DNA from: Marine Group III euryarchaeote CG-Epi1
GTDB taxonomy: Archaea > Thermoplasmatota > Poseidoniia > MGIII > CG-Epi1
Assembly: GCA_001875345.1 (NCBI GenBank)
Contig: MIZA01000019.1
Coordinates: forward strand, 1,579-65,578
DNA length: 64,000 nt
Direction of reading: 5' to 3'
Under the pieces are notes generated by a model, which was not told the origin of the DNA, did not search any database, and worked only from the letters and a program-made list of their open reading frames with translations. Both the position numbers and the translations under genes were made by a program. This document shows positions 49,235 through 58,637 of this stretch, piece after piece; the first letter of the stretch is position 1, and every line of letters starts with the position of its first letter.

Positions 49235-50797
49235 ATGAGTAGTTCAAGAAAGATATTAGACGCACCGAAGAAGATTAGAGAGAAACTAAAGGATTTTAAC
49301 GAAGAAAGGAAAAAACCAAGAGAGCCAATAACTACCAAGGCATCCATGTTCAGTATATTTTCATGGGCTTTTTACGACTTAGGAAATACTATCTTTTCAG
49401 TTCTAATAGTTTCATTTTATTTTGGGCTTTGGGTCGTAAGTGATGAAGTAGGTGGAACAGATTCAGATTACGGTTATGCTAATGCAATATCTATGGCGTT
49501 AGTGTTTCTCACAGCGCCATTGATTGGAGCACTTTCAGATCAGGCAAGGCGTAAGATGCCTTTTCTTTTCGTTACAACTCTTTTGTGTGTTGCTTTTACA
49601 GCTTTATTAGGATATGAGAAGGACGGCTGGAGCAAGAGTACAATTTTAACAGTTTCTCTTATTTTCTTTGTAATTGCAAATTATTTTTATCAAGCAGGAC
49701 TTATATTTTACGATTCAACATTAGCCACAATTTCTACCCCAGGAAATAAAGGTAGGATCGGAGGAATTGGAATTGGTGTAGGTTATGTTGGAGCGTTAGT
49801 AGGAATATTATCTGCATTATACATAACTGATACTTTAGGTTTTCCTTACCCTGCAGTATTCCAGTTGACGGCAGCTTTGTTTTTGATTTTTGCAATTCCT
49901 TGTTTCATATTTGTCAGAGAAACTCCCGGAGATAACTTCTGGCCTAGTCTAATGATACTAATGGCGACTCTTTTGGGTATAAATGCTTGGTTGGTTGAAG
50001 ATAATATGTTGTTAAGATATACTACTGTATTTTTTGCAATTTGGTGTGTATTTTCATCAATAAATACAAAAACAACGCCTCTCTTTAGAGATGGTTCAAT
50101 AATTGATGCAACATCCGGAACATTTACACAGCTTAAAGGAACGTTGTCTATGTTAAGTAATTTTCCAGGTTTATCTAGATTTTTAGTTGGAAGAGTCTTT
50201 TACACAGATGCAGCAAATACTTCTATAACTTTTGCTGCGATTTATGTTAGAGAAGAGTTTGGAATGGAAGATTCTGAGATAGCTGTTTACACGCTTATTG
50301 GTGTTTTCTCATCAATTGTAAGTGGATTTTTGTGGGGGTATTTAGTAGACATTGTGGGTCCAAAAGTTACACTTAATGCTGTTTTGTGGTTTTGGTTTGC
50401 TTCGTTTACACTTTTAATCTCTACTGTTTGGTTAGGCCTACCAACATGGATGATATGGCTGGCTCCATTCTTGGCAGGAGTAGCATTAGGAGGGACCTGG
50501 TGTGCGGATAGGCCATACATGCTCGTTCTAACGCCACCTCGTTACATAGGTCAATTCTATGGGTTGTACAGTATGGTTGGACGCTTTGCAACTATTATCG
50601 GACCTTTATCTTGGGCAATCATAGTAGATGAGTTGGGCTTTGGAAGACCTGCAGCAATTGGTTTTCTTTTCATAGTTATGATAATTGGTTACATTATTCT
50701 TCAAGGGGTAGACGATGAACCGAGGGAATGGCCTCCAGAATTACAAGCTGATTACGAGCCTGAGCCACCCCGTGGGGCAATTGGAAGGTCACGATAA
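49235..50797 (+). CDS. MFS transporter, UMF1/Atg22-like family (paralogue)
   Basis: FSWAFYDLGNTIFSVLIVSFYFGLW and 12 hydrophobic segments. The start is 2 nt after the upstream stop. Confidence 0.7.
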   Translation: MSSSRKILDAPKKIREKLKDFNEERKKPREPITTKASMFSIFSWAFYDLGNTIFSVLIVSFYFGLWVVSDEVGGTDSDYGYANAISMALVFLTAPLIGALSDQARRKMPFLFVTTLLCVAFTALLGYEKDGWSKSTILTVSLIFFVIANYFYQAGLIFYDSTLATISTPGNKGRIGGIGIGVGYVGALVGILSALYITDTLGFPYPAVFQLTAALFLIFAIPCFIFVRETPGDNFWPSLMILMATLLGINAWLVEDNMLLRYTTVFFAIWCVFSSINTKTTPLFRDGSIIDATSGTFTQLKGTLSMLSNFPGLSRFLVGRVFYTDAANTSITFAAIYVREEFGMEDSEIAVYTLIGVFSSIVSGFLWGYLVDIVGPKVTLNAVLWFWFASFTLLISTVWLGLPTWMIWLAPFLAGVALGGTWCADRPYMLVLTPPRYIGQFYGLYSMVGRFATIIGPLSWAIIVDELGFGRPAAIGFLFIVMIIGYIILQGVDDEPREWPPELQADYEPEPPRGAIGRSR

Positions 50798-50828
50798 CCA
50801 CTTTAATGTTATTCCTAGTAGGAATATT

Positions 50829-52013
50829 ATGGAACGTCGTATAGATCACTATTTGGAAAGGTTAGTATCTTCAGATTCAATGACTTTTTACAAGGCAGTC
50901 TGCGAGTTTGCTAAAGAAAGAATTGAACCTAACTATCTTCATTGGGAGCGTAATCACGAACTAATTCCAGAAGATGTCATTGATGAAATGGGACAGATGG
51001 GATTGTTTGGTGTGACTGTTTCTGAGAGCTATGGTGGTCAAGGAGGTAATCAATTAGATTTAATTTTGATGGGATTGGCTTTGGGATATCATTCTCAGTC
51101 ATTAGCAATTACTCCTGGTGCAGCTATGTCTTTAGGCGCTAAGCCTCTACAACTTTTTGGGACAGATGCACAAAAGAAAGCTCATCTTCCAGATTTAGCA
51201 GCTGGTAAGAGAATGTTTGTTTTTGGTTTATCTGAACCAGGGAGAGGCTCAGATGCTACAAATCCAGAAGTTACAGCCAAGAAAGAAGGCGATAAATGGG
51301 TAATTAAAGGGGAAAAGTGTTGGTCAACTAACGCAAAATGGTCAAGTCACGTTGTAGTACATGCCATGACTAGTCCTGAATCTAAACCAGGTTATCGAAC
51401 CACATGTTTCATAGTACCTATGAATGATCCAAATGTTTCTTATCAAGAAATGGCAGGTAAAGATTTGTGGAGTCAGTCGTCTACAGGTTCTATTTCCTTT
51501 GATGAAGTTACTGTAACAGATGACGCAATATTGGGTAAAGAGAATGAGGGATTCAAAGTAATGGCTAAGACATTGAACGGAGGCAGATTATTCATTGCTG
51601 GAATGTCTCTAGCTTCTCTTGCGTTTGGTCTTGATAAATGTAGAACATATTCTCAAGAAAGAGAGCAATTTGGAGTTCCAATCGGTAGTTTTCAAAGAGT
51701 TCAAGATGTTATTATTGATATGGATATTACCTTAGAACAAGGCTTGACATGGCTTATTGACTTAACAAATAGATATGATGACAATACATTGGATAGAGAA
51801 TCTGCAGCTAAAGTTAAGATTGAATGTTCTCGTAAAGCATCAGATCACATGACAATGGCCATGGAAATATGCGGCGGAGTTTCTTCGTTAGACGAGTTTG
51901 GATTGACTAGGCATCACAGGGATTTGTTTGTTTGTCGTGTTGGTGAAGGCAGTAATTTTGCGCTGAAAGGTTTTGCCGCTCGTCCGCTGATGCCAGATAT
52001 TACACTTCAATAA
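50829..52013 (+). CDS. Acyl-CoA dehydrogenase
   Basis: GLSEPGRGSDA, KCWSTNA and EREQFGVPIGSFQRVQ. The first ATG that does not overlap the upstream MFS gene is at 50829 (MERRIDHYL...). The ORF-track start at 50715 would overlap it by 83 nt. Confidence 0.85.
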   Translation: MERRIDHYLERLVSSDSMTFYKAVCEFAKERIEPNYLHWERNHELIPEDVIDEMGQMGLFGVTVSESYGGQGGNQLDLILMGLALGYHSQSLAITPGAAMSLGAKPLQLFGTDAQKKAHLPDLAAGKRMFVFGLSEPGRGSDATNPEVTAKKEGDKWVIKGEKCWSTNAKWSSHVVVHAMTSPESKPGYRTTCFIVPMNDPNVSYQEMAGKDLWSQSSTGSISFDEVTVTDDAILGKENEGFKVMAKTLNGGRLFIAGMSLASLAFGLDKCRTYSQEREQFGVPIGSFQRVQDVIIDMDITLEQGLTWLIDLTNRYDDNTLDRESAAKVKIECSRKASDHMTMAMEICGGVSSLDEFGLTRHHRDLFVCRVGEGSNFALKGFAARPLMPDITLQ

Positions 52014-52050
52014 GGGCAAACAGTTATAGGGACTGCAATTATGTACCACA

Positions 52051-52272
52051 GTGGACTTTGAACAGCTAGTTTGCTACAGCCAAACAATTATTATTTTTAT
52101 TCTGGTAATTGGTTATTTAATTAATTATCAAAAAAGCCAAAACCAGATTTATGTAAAGAAAGGAATAAAATGTTCAAAATGCGGAGAGCAGCTATTGGGA
52201 AGCGACCCAAATTATTGTTCAAGTTGTGGTCATATGAACTCTCATTCTAAAGGTTCTAATTTAGAAAAATAG
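52051..52272 (+). CDS. Small membrane-anchored zinc-ribbon protein
   Basis: TM helix IIIFILVIGYLINY, then CSKCGEQL...YCSSCGH. TATA-like GTTATAGG lies ~25 nt upstream of the GTG start. Confidence 0.4.
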   Translation: MDFEQLVCYSQTIIIFILVIGYLINYQKSQNQIYVKKGIKCSKCGEQLLGSDPNYCSSCGHMNSHSKGSNLEK

Positions 52273-52308
52273 TTAAAATTTTAAGTATGTAGTTATTTAC
52301 TGCTAATT

Positions 52309-52533
52309 ATGAAACGCAGAGTTATTAATTTGTCGAATGGTACACAGAGTAGTTGTGGTATAGCCAATTGTAACGACTCAATTAAACGCTCTGTTTCTCG
52401 TAAAAAAGTTGATTTAGTCCCTGAATTAGAAGTTAGAGGAAATGGTAAAAAAATTGGATTATGTCAGTCTTGCTACAGAATTTTTAAAAAAGCCACCAAA
52501 AAGGATAGAACTCTGGAGTCTCTAGGAAGATGA
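52309..52533 (+). CDS. Small basic Cys4 (Cx5C...CxxC) protein, unknown function
   Basis: SSCGIANCND ... LCQSCYRIFKKATKKDR. TATA-like AATTTTAAG lies ~27 nt upstream of ATG. The stop overlaps the next start (ATGA). Confidence 0.5.
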   Translation: MKRRVINLSNGTQSSCGIANCNDSIKRSVSRKKVDLVPELEVRGNGKKIGLCQSCYRIFKKATKKDRTLESLGR

Positions 52534-54032
52534 ATTCTTCTTACGCAATATTTGAGGCAGAATTTCGGACATCATTTAGAAGTGCTATTCAGTCGTTCAA
52601 GAAGCGTTTTGCGTCAACCTTCTTTATATCATTTTTAGGTATTATTTTTTCATTTGCTTGCATCCGGTTGATGAATTTTGTAATTCAAAATCCTCAGCTT
52701 TTTCCAGAGGGTTCGAATGAAGGATATGGTACAATTTTACTCGTATATTTTTCATTATTTACACTAAGATCAGCAGGAATAACTTATAGAAAAATTGTCA
52801 AATCTAAAATAATGGACATGTATCTAGTTCAACCAGTAGTTCCTAGATCGATAATGTTAGGTCAATTTTTTTCAGTGCTCATTCCAAATTTATTCATTAC
52901 TTCAGGTATGCTCTTAATTTTCTTTACAGGTAATGTTGTCACTAAAACTAATATATACGTTGAAGTAGAGTTTTTAATTTTATTGTATTTATTTTCATTT
53001 TTATCTGCACTAAGTGGTTTTATGTTTTCATTAATCGGTTCTTTACATCCATTCTCTCGAAAGCTTAGTTTTTTGGTAGCTTTATTTCCAATACTTTTGG
53101 CTCTTCTTTTGGTATCAAATGCAGCACACCAAGATTCTACTGTAGCTATAATAATAGTTTTAGTTTGCACATTACTTTTACTTGTTTTCTTTTATTTTAT
53201 GGATAATATTTTTGTTGAAGCCTTGGAATCCTACAAGATAAATTCTTCTTCCCATAAGAATCCAGTACGGTTACTTCAGTTTAATTGGTTGAGCCCAATT
53301 GTTGGACGCCGTGCGTCGGCAATTTGTTCTAAAGAAGTGACATCTTCAATCAGAGAAAGGGATGTTTTAAGTTCTGCATTTTCGACATTTTCAATTTCTT
53401 TATTGATGGTATTTTGGTGGTTTAAGGTGGGGATTCCAACTGAACCTGTCGGAGATTTACCTCCAAAATTATATTATCCAGGAATGCTTGCTATCAGTCT
53501 TTACCTTGGAGCATTATTGCAATGTACAATGCTAGGTTCAACTATACTTGGTGTTGAAGGTAAAAGATTATGGATTATGAAATCTAATCCTGTAGAGTCA
53601 TTATTAATTATGAAGGGTAAGGCATTTGCGCTTTTGTTTATGGCTTTTCCAGGTCTTTTATCAATTTGGCTTCCTATTTGTTTTTTAGCTAAGTTTCCTT
53701 TTGAAGTAACTTTATTTTTTGGGCAATGCGTCTTAATTTTATTGTTTGTTAATACCGGATTAGGTATATGGGCAGGAAGCGCCTTTGCTAATTTTGATGA
53801 GAGTGATCGTGGCAATCCGGATATCTTAGTACAGTTTATGTTGATGGGGACGTCGGCATTTTTTTCTTCAATATTACTTATTTTACCAGCTTCAGTAATG
53901 CTTTACAATCATAATATTGGTCTTTTAGCTGGTGGAATATTTGTTCTTTTATCATTTGCAATAATGTTTGCAGGTATTAGGGCTAGTTCTTCGGCTTATC
54001 GTACAATCTACATTGATAGTTACGGCGTTTAA
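52530..54032 (+). CDS. Polytopic membrane protein (about 12 TM), unknown function
   Basis: A long uninterrupted frame, hydrophobic throughout, translationally coupled to the small Cys4 protein gene. Confidence 0.6.
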   Translation: MNSSYAIFEAEFRTSFRSAIQSFKKRFASTFFISFLGIIFSFACIRLMNFVIQNPQLFPEGSNEGYGTILLVYFSLFTLRSAGITYRKIVKSKIMDMYLVQPVVPRSIMLGQFFSVLIPNLFITSGMLLIFFTGNVVTKTNIYVEVEFLILLYLFSFLSALSGFMFSLIGSLHPFSRKLSFLVALFPILLALLLVSNAAHQDSTVAIIIVLVCTLLLLVFFYFMDNIFVEALESYKINSSSHKNPVRLLQFNWLSPIVGRRASAICSKEVTSSIRERDVLSSAFSTFSISLLMVFWWFKVGIPTEPVGDLPPKLYYPGMLAISLYLGALLQCTMLGSTILGVEGKRLWIMKSNPVESLLIMKGKAFALLFMAFPGLLSIWLPICFLAKFPFEVTLFFGQCVLILLFVNTGLGIWAGSAFANFDESDRGNPDILVQFMLMGTSAFFSSILLILPASVMLYNHNIGLLAGGIFVLLSFAIMFAGIRASSSAYRTIYIDSYGV

Positions 54033-54076
54033 AATTTCTAGCAAATAGAATAATAATAGGTGTTCTATGTGTATAT

Positions 54077-57000
54077 GTGGTATTGATAGCATCTAATGAG
54101 ATGGAAGCTTATTTTGAAGATTTGGAGAAAAAAGCTGATTCTTGTTATACTCTAGTTGAAAAGGTTCGAAAAGCAGGTTTTGATCCTTCAGATTCACCGG
54201 AGATACCACGGGCTAAAGATTTAGCTGAAAGAGTAGAAGCACAAGTCGGTCCAGAAGGCATAGCACCTCGAATAAGAGAGGTAGCCGAAGAAAATGATAG
54301 AGAATCTACAGCTTTAATCATTGCTAAAGAGCTTGCTGGAAAATTGAAATCTGAGTTAGGATTAGAAAAAGCACTAGAGCAGGCAGTTAGAACATCGTTG
54401 TCAATACTTACTGAGGGTGTATTAGTTGCTCCCACGGAAGGAGTTGTAAAGGTAAGTACTCTTGAAAATAGTAACAAGACTAAATGCGCTTCAATATATT
54501 ACGCAGGGCCCATCCGAGCTGCAGGTGGTACAGCTCAAGCATTATCAGTTTTGATTGCGGACGTTGTTAGGAGAGAATTAGATTTAGATCCGTATATTCC
54601 AACTCCAGCTGAAATTGAGAGGTACAAAGAGGAAATTCCTCTTTACAAAAGGGCAGTTAATCTGCAATACGTTCCAAGTCCAGAGGAAATACATACGATT
54701 GTCACATCATGTCCAATTTGTGTTACAGGTGAAAGAACTGATAAGCTAGAAGTAGCAGGAAATCGAGATCTTCCTCGAGTTGAGACGAATTCTTTGAGAG
54801 GTGGAGCATGTCTAGTTTTGGCAGAAGGTCTTTGTCTTAAAGCTGCTAAAGTTTTGAAACATGTTGATAAGTTGGGAATAAGCGGTTGGGATTTTCTAAG
54901 GACTTACACTGAGAAAAAACGAAAATCAGCTTCTGGCGATGTTAAAGAGCACAAATATTTGAAAGATGTCTTGGCAGGCCGGCCAATCTTTGCTTTTCCT
55001 GATAAGCCAGGTAGCTTTAGACTTAGGTACGGACGTTCAAGAACTGCTGGCTTAGCTTCAATGTCTTTACATCCCTCTACTATGTTAATTGTAGATTCCT
55101 TTGCTGCAATAGGTACTCAATTGAAACTTCAATTGCCTGGTAAAGCGACAGCTTCTACGCCTTGTGATTCAATAGAAGGCCCTTCAGTCATACTAAAAAA
55201 CGGTACTTTTACCAGACTTGATGATTATAATTTAGCTCTGAAAGTTGTTAATCAAGTCAAAGAGATTGTTGATCTTGGTGAGCTATTGATTCCTGTAGGC
55301 GAATTTTTGGAAAATAATCACCCATTGCAGCCGTCTGGCTGGTGTGACGAATGGTGGGATTCATTAGTTACTTCAAAAGGAATTGCAAAATATAAGGGAG
55401 ATTATTCTTTTTCTTCCCTATATAATTTCTGTAAAGAAAACGATTTGCCCTTGCATCCTAAGTATACTTACAACTGGGGAGATTTAGATCATAATGAAAT
55501 CTTAGATCTTCGCAATCAGCTTGTGAGAAATGGTTCAGAGGTTGTTAAGAATCGTTTTTCAAAAATTTACAAAGAGATATTCGTTAAATTGGGTATGTTC
55601 TTTAGAATTGAGGACAATGTTATAGTATTAGATGAAGGATATGACCCCTTGATCACATTATTGGGAATCAAAGAAACAGGTGGTAAGCTATTAGCAAGCG
55701 AGTTAGATAATTATTCGGATGATTCCTTAACCCTATTATCAGATTTATCAGAGGTTTTGATAAAGTGCAAATCTCCAACACGAATCGGCGCCAGTATGGG
55801 TCGCCCTGAGAAGGCCAATGAGCGCAGACTTAAGCCACCTCCACACGTGTTATTTCCTCTAGGTGATTCTGGAGGAAATCAAAGATTGATAAATACCGCA
55901 CTTAAAGAACGTCCTTATCGAAGGGGATTTACACAAGGTAAACTAGGATCGATAGAAATGGTAACACAATTAAGATATTGTAAGAATTGTAACAAAGAGA
56001 CTATTTCGCTCAGATGTTGTAAATCTTTAACTATGGTTAAAGAAGACGCAAAGAAGAGAATAGTCGATGTGTCTGAAATAGTAACAAAAGCGATGAATAA
56101 TACGAAAGTGGGTATATTGCCGAAAGTAAAAGGAATCAAAGAATTGAAATCAGGTCCTAAGATCCCGGAATCGTTAGAAAAGGGGATACTTCGTTCAAAA
56201 TATGATTTAAGAGTTTACAAGGATGGAACACTTAGGTATGATATGATAGATTTACCAATTACACATTTTTATCCGAAAGAGATTGGATTATCGGTTGATA
56301 AAGCTCTGGAGCTAGGTTACAGTAAGGATATTGATGGTAAGAAATTGGAATCTGAAGACCAATTATTAGAATTAAAAGTCCAAGACTTAATCGTTTCAAA
56401 AAATGCAGGTCCTTGGTTAGTTAAGGTAGCAAACTTTGTCAATGACGAGTTAGTTAAACTTTACGACTCAGAGCCTTTCTACAACGTAACCGCTAATTCA
56501 GTCATGCATGAGCTAATTGGAAGTCTTCTTATCTGTTTGAGCCCTCACACTTCAGCAGGAGTACTAGGCCGGTTGATTGGTTTTACCTCAGCTAAAGCCC
56601 AATATGGGCATCCTTTCTTCCATGCAGCTAAGAGGAGAAATTGTGATGGAGATGAAGATTCCATCATGCTCTTACTTGATGGGCTTCTTAATTTTTCAGA
56701 TAGTTTTGTACCGACAACCAGGGGCGGAACTATGGATATTCCCAGAGTTTTATCAACAAGAATTGATCCTATGGAGATAGATAGTGAAGCCCATAATGTT
56801 GAATTAAATTCAGAATATCCGTTAGAATTCTACGAGCATTCCGAAAAATCTTCTAATCCTACAGAAGTTCTAGAATATCTTGATATAGTTTCAAAGAGAT
56901 TAGAGAGTCCTGAACAGTATGAAGGTTATTCTTTTAGTCATTCGTCTTCAAGTATTAATCTGGGTCCGAATGAATCCCGTTATGTCACTTTAGATTCAAT

Positions 57001-57391
57001 GAAAAGTAAAGCAATAGCTTCATTGGAATTGGCCAAAAAAACTAGAGCTTCTGATGCAAGTTATGTTGCAGAACAAACAATTGAGAAGCACTTCATTCGT
57101 GATATTATAGGAAATTTGCGTTCATTTTCAACACAGGGTGTGAGATGCAAGAAGTGTAATACGAAGTATCGTAGGCCTCCTTTGAAGGATACTTGCCATT
57201 GTGGAGGTTTATTGCAATTAAATATTTCTCCAGCTTCTGTTGCGAAATATAGACAAATTGCAGGTGAGATTGCTGAGACATATGGTTCGAGAAAATTCAT
57301 TCGCCAAAGATTAGAGTTAGCTTTCAGTGCCATAGAAGAGACGTTGGAAAACGAACAAATTAAGCAAATGGATTTGGGAGCTTTCCTTTGA
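54077..57391 (+). CDS. polC: DNA polymerase II (PolD) large subunit DP2
   Basis: N-terminus MEAYFEDLEKKADSCYTLVEKVRKAGFDPSDSPEIPRAKDLAERVE. Internal zinc finger CKNCNKETISLRCC. C-terminal QGVRCKKCNTKYRRPPLKDTCHCGG. Length ~1,100 aa with no intein-sized insertion. The start could be GTG 54077 or ATG 54101. Confidence 0.93.
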   Translation: MVLIASNEMEAYFEDLEKKADSCYTLVEKVRKAGFDPSDSPEIPRAKDLAERVEAQVGPEGIAPRIREVAEENDRESTALIIAKELAGKLKSELGLEKALEQAVRTSLSILTEGVLVAPTEGVVKVSTLENSNKTKCASIYYAGPIRAAGGTAQALSVLIADVVRRELDLDPYIPTPAEIERYKEEIPLYKRAVNLQYVPSPEEIHTIVTSCPICVTGERTDKLEVAGNRDLPRVETNSLRGGACLVLAEGLCLKAAKVLKHVDKLGISGWDFLRTYTEKKRKSASGDVKEHKYLKDVLAGRPIFAFPDKPGSFRLRYGRSRTAGLASMSLHPSTMLIVDSFAAIGTQLKLQLPGKATASTPCDSIEGPSVILKNGTFTRLDDYNLALKVVNQVKEIVDLGELLIPVGEFLENNHPLQPSGWCDEWWDSLVTSKGIAKYKGDYSFSSLYNFCKENDLPLHPKYTYNWGDLDHNEILDLRNQLVRNGSEVVKNRFSKIYKEIFVKLGMFFRIEDNVIVLDEGYDPLITLLGIKETGGKLLASELDNYSDDSLTLLSDLSEVLIKCKSPTRIGASMGRPEKANERRLKPPPHVLFPLGDSGGNQRLINTALKERPYRRGFTQGKLGSIEMVTQLRYCKNCNKETISLRCCKSLTMVKEDAKKRIVDVSEIVTKAMNNTKVGILPKVKGIKELKSGPKIPESLEKGILRSKYDLRVYKDGTLRYDMIDLPITHFYPKEIGLSVDKALELGYSKDIDGKKLESEDQLLELKVQDLIVSKNAGPWLVKVANFVNDELVKLYDSEPFYNVTANSVMHELIGSLLICLSPHTSAGVLGRLIGFTSAKAQYGHPFFHAAKRRNCDGDEDSIMLLLDGLLNFSDSFVPTTRGGTMDIPRVLSTRIDPMEIDSEAHNVELNSEYPLEFYEHSEKSSNPTEVLEYLDIVSKRLESPEQYEGYSFSHSSSSINLGPNESRYVTLDSMKSKAIASLELAKKTRASDASYVAEQTIEKHFIRDIIGNLRSFSTQGVRCKKCNTKYRRPPLKDTCHCGGLLQLNISPASVAKYRQIAGEIAETYGSRKFIRQRLELAFSAIEETLENEQIKQMDLGAFL

Positions 57392-58020
57392 TAAATGTAA
57401 TAGATAACATAAATTCGACGAATACTTGGCTGACTGAATTTAATTTAGACTTTTTTGATTCAATTATATCTTTAAAACAATCCGAAGGGCGTGGTAGGCA
57501 AGGAAGGTTTTGGGAATCATATAAAGGTGGTTTTTACTATTCTGTAGTTTTGCCTAAAAAGAATTTATTGCCGATTATTGTTGGCATTTCCGTAGCTGAA
57601 ATTCTTTATGAAAATAAGATAATTGCTAAGGTCAAATGGCCGAACGATATATTAGTTGAAGGGAAGAAATTAGGTGGTGTGCTTTGCCAAGTTCAAGGTG
57701 AAAAAGTAATTGCAGGATTGGGAATTAACATGACTAATAGCTCTAGTTTAGAGAAATCTATTAGCCTATCAGACTTAGGTTTTAGTATTGATAAATTAGA
57801 TTTTATTAACAAATTTAATGAAAAAATTAAGATTACAATGGAACATAGTGATGAGCATATAATCCAACAGTTTCTAATGTATGACTGCTTAATCGGCAAG
57901 TATGTTTCCTGGAAAGATGGTAATGGTCAGGTAGTTAAAATTTCAGAAGATGGTCGACTCATCGTCAGGGATGCCTTGGATGATTTAATTTTTTTGACGG
58001 AGGAGATTCATATACAATGA
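57388..58020 (+). CDS. birA: Biotin--protein ligase (BirA catalytic domain)
   Basis: QSEGRGRQGRFWES, GGFYYSVVL and KWPNDILVEGKKLGGVL. The TTG start overlaps the PolD stop (TTGA). Confidence 0.8.
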   Translation: MINVIDNINSTNTWLTEFNLDFFDSIISLKQSEGRGRQGRFWESYKGGFYYSVVLPKKNLLPIIVGISVAEILYENKIIAKVKWPNDILVEGKKLGGVLCQVQGEKVIAGLGINMTNSSSLEKSISLSDLGFSIDKLDFINKFNEKIKITMEHSDEHIIQQFLMYDCLIGKYVSWKDGNGQVVKISEDGRLIVRDALDDLIFLTEEIHIQ

Positions 58021-58598
58021 TTGATTGGAATTCAGAATCATATCATCCCGTAGTTAATCTACCTGAGAAGTATAAAGTTTTAGATTTAACTAAAGGTTCG
58101 TGGGATTCAGGTAAAAGTGAATACTCAATTGGCAGATATAATGAATTTAGGCCTAATGTTTATACTACGGAGTTATTTGCTGGAGTTCGTAATTTACACG
58201 TTGGAATAGATATAGGAGGACCTGTTGGAACTCCTTGTATGGCTTTTATGAATGGAAAAATACATAATTTTGGATACAACCCCAAAGCTGGAGATTATGG
58301 TAACGTAGTAATCACAGAGCATGAAATTTCAGGTTCAAAGATTTGGGCTCTTTACGGACATTTAGATTCTAAGTCAGTAATTGGCAAATCAAAGGGCCAA
58401 TCAGTCATTAAAGGTCAAACAATAGGACATTTTGGAAATGAAAGTGAAAACGGTGGTTGGGAGCCTCATTTACACTTTCAATTATCTACAGTAGAGCCTG
58501 AAACACATGATTTACCAGGTGTAGTTTCCATTGAAGATAGTGCTATTGCTCTCAAATTATATCCAGATCCTAGATTTGTCCTTGGCCCGATTTACTGA
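58017..58598 (+). CDS. M23 (LytM-type) metallopeptidase-fold protein without a signal peptide
   Basis: HxxxD (NLHVGIDIGGPVGTP), LYGHL, GQTIGHFG and HxH (WEPHLHFQL). The start overlaps the birA stop (ATGA). Confidence 0.7.
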   Translation: MIDWNSESYHPVVNLPEKYKVLDLTKGSWDSGKSEYSIGRYNEFRPNVYTTELFAGVRNLHVGIDIGGPVGTPCMAFMNGKIHNFGYNPKAGDYGNVVITEHEISGSKIWALYGHLDSKSVIGKSKGQSVIKGQTIGHFGNESENGGWEPHLHFQLSTVEPETHDLPGVVSIEDSAIALKLYPDPRFVLGPIY

Positions 58599-58637
58599 GT
58601 TAATAACTTTTTAATTGGGTTTGTTTTATACATTATT

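Noticed and set aside
50715-50828. Upstream extension of the acyl-CoA dehydrogenase ORF overlapping the MFS gene by 83 nt
   Set aside because: The extension (MNRGNGLQNYKLITSLSHP...) has no acyl-CoA dehydrogenase similarity. ATG 50829 gives a normal N-terminus without overlap.
54077-57391. Possible intein in PolD DP2
   Set aside because: The length (~1,100 aa) is that of an intein-free DP2. I saw no intein block motifs (such as a terminal HN followed by C/S/T) interrupting the conserved regions.
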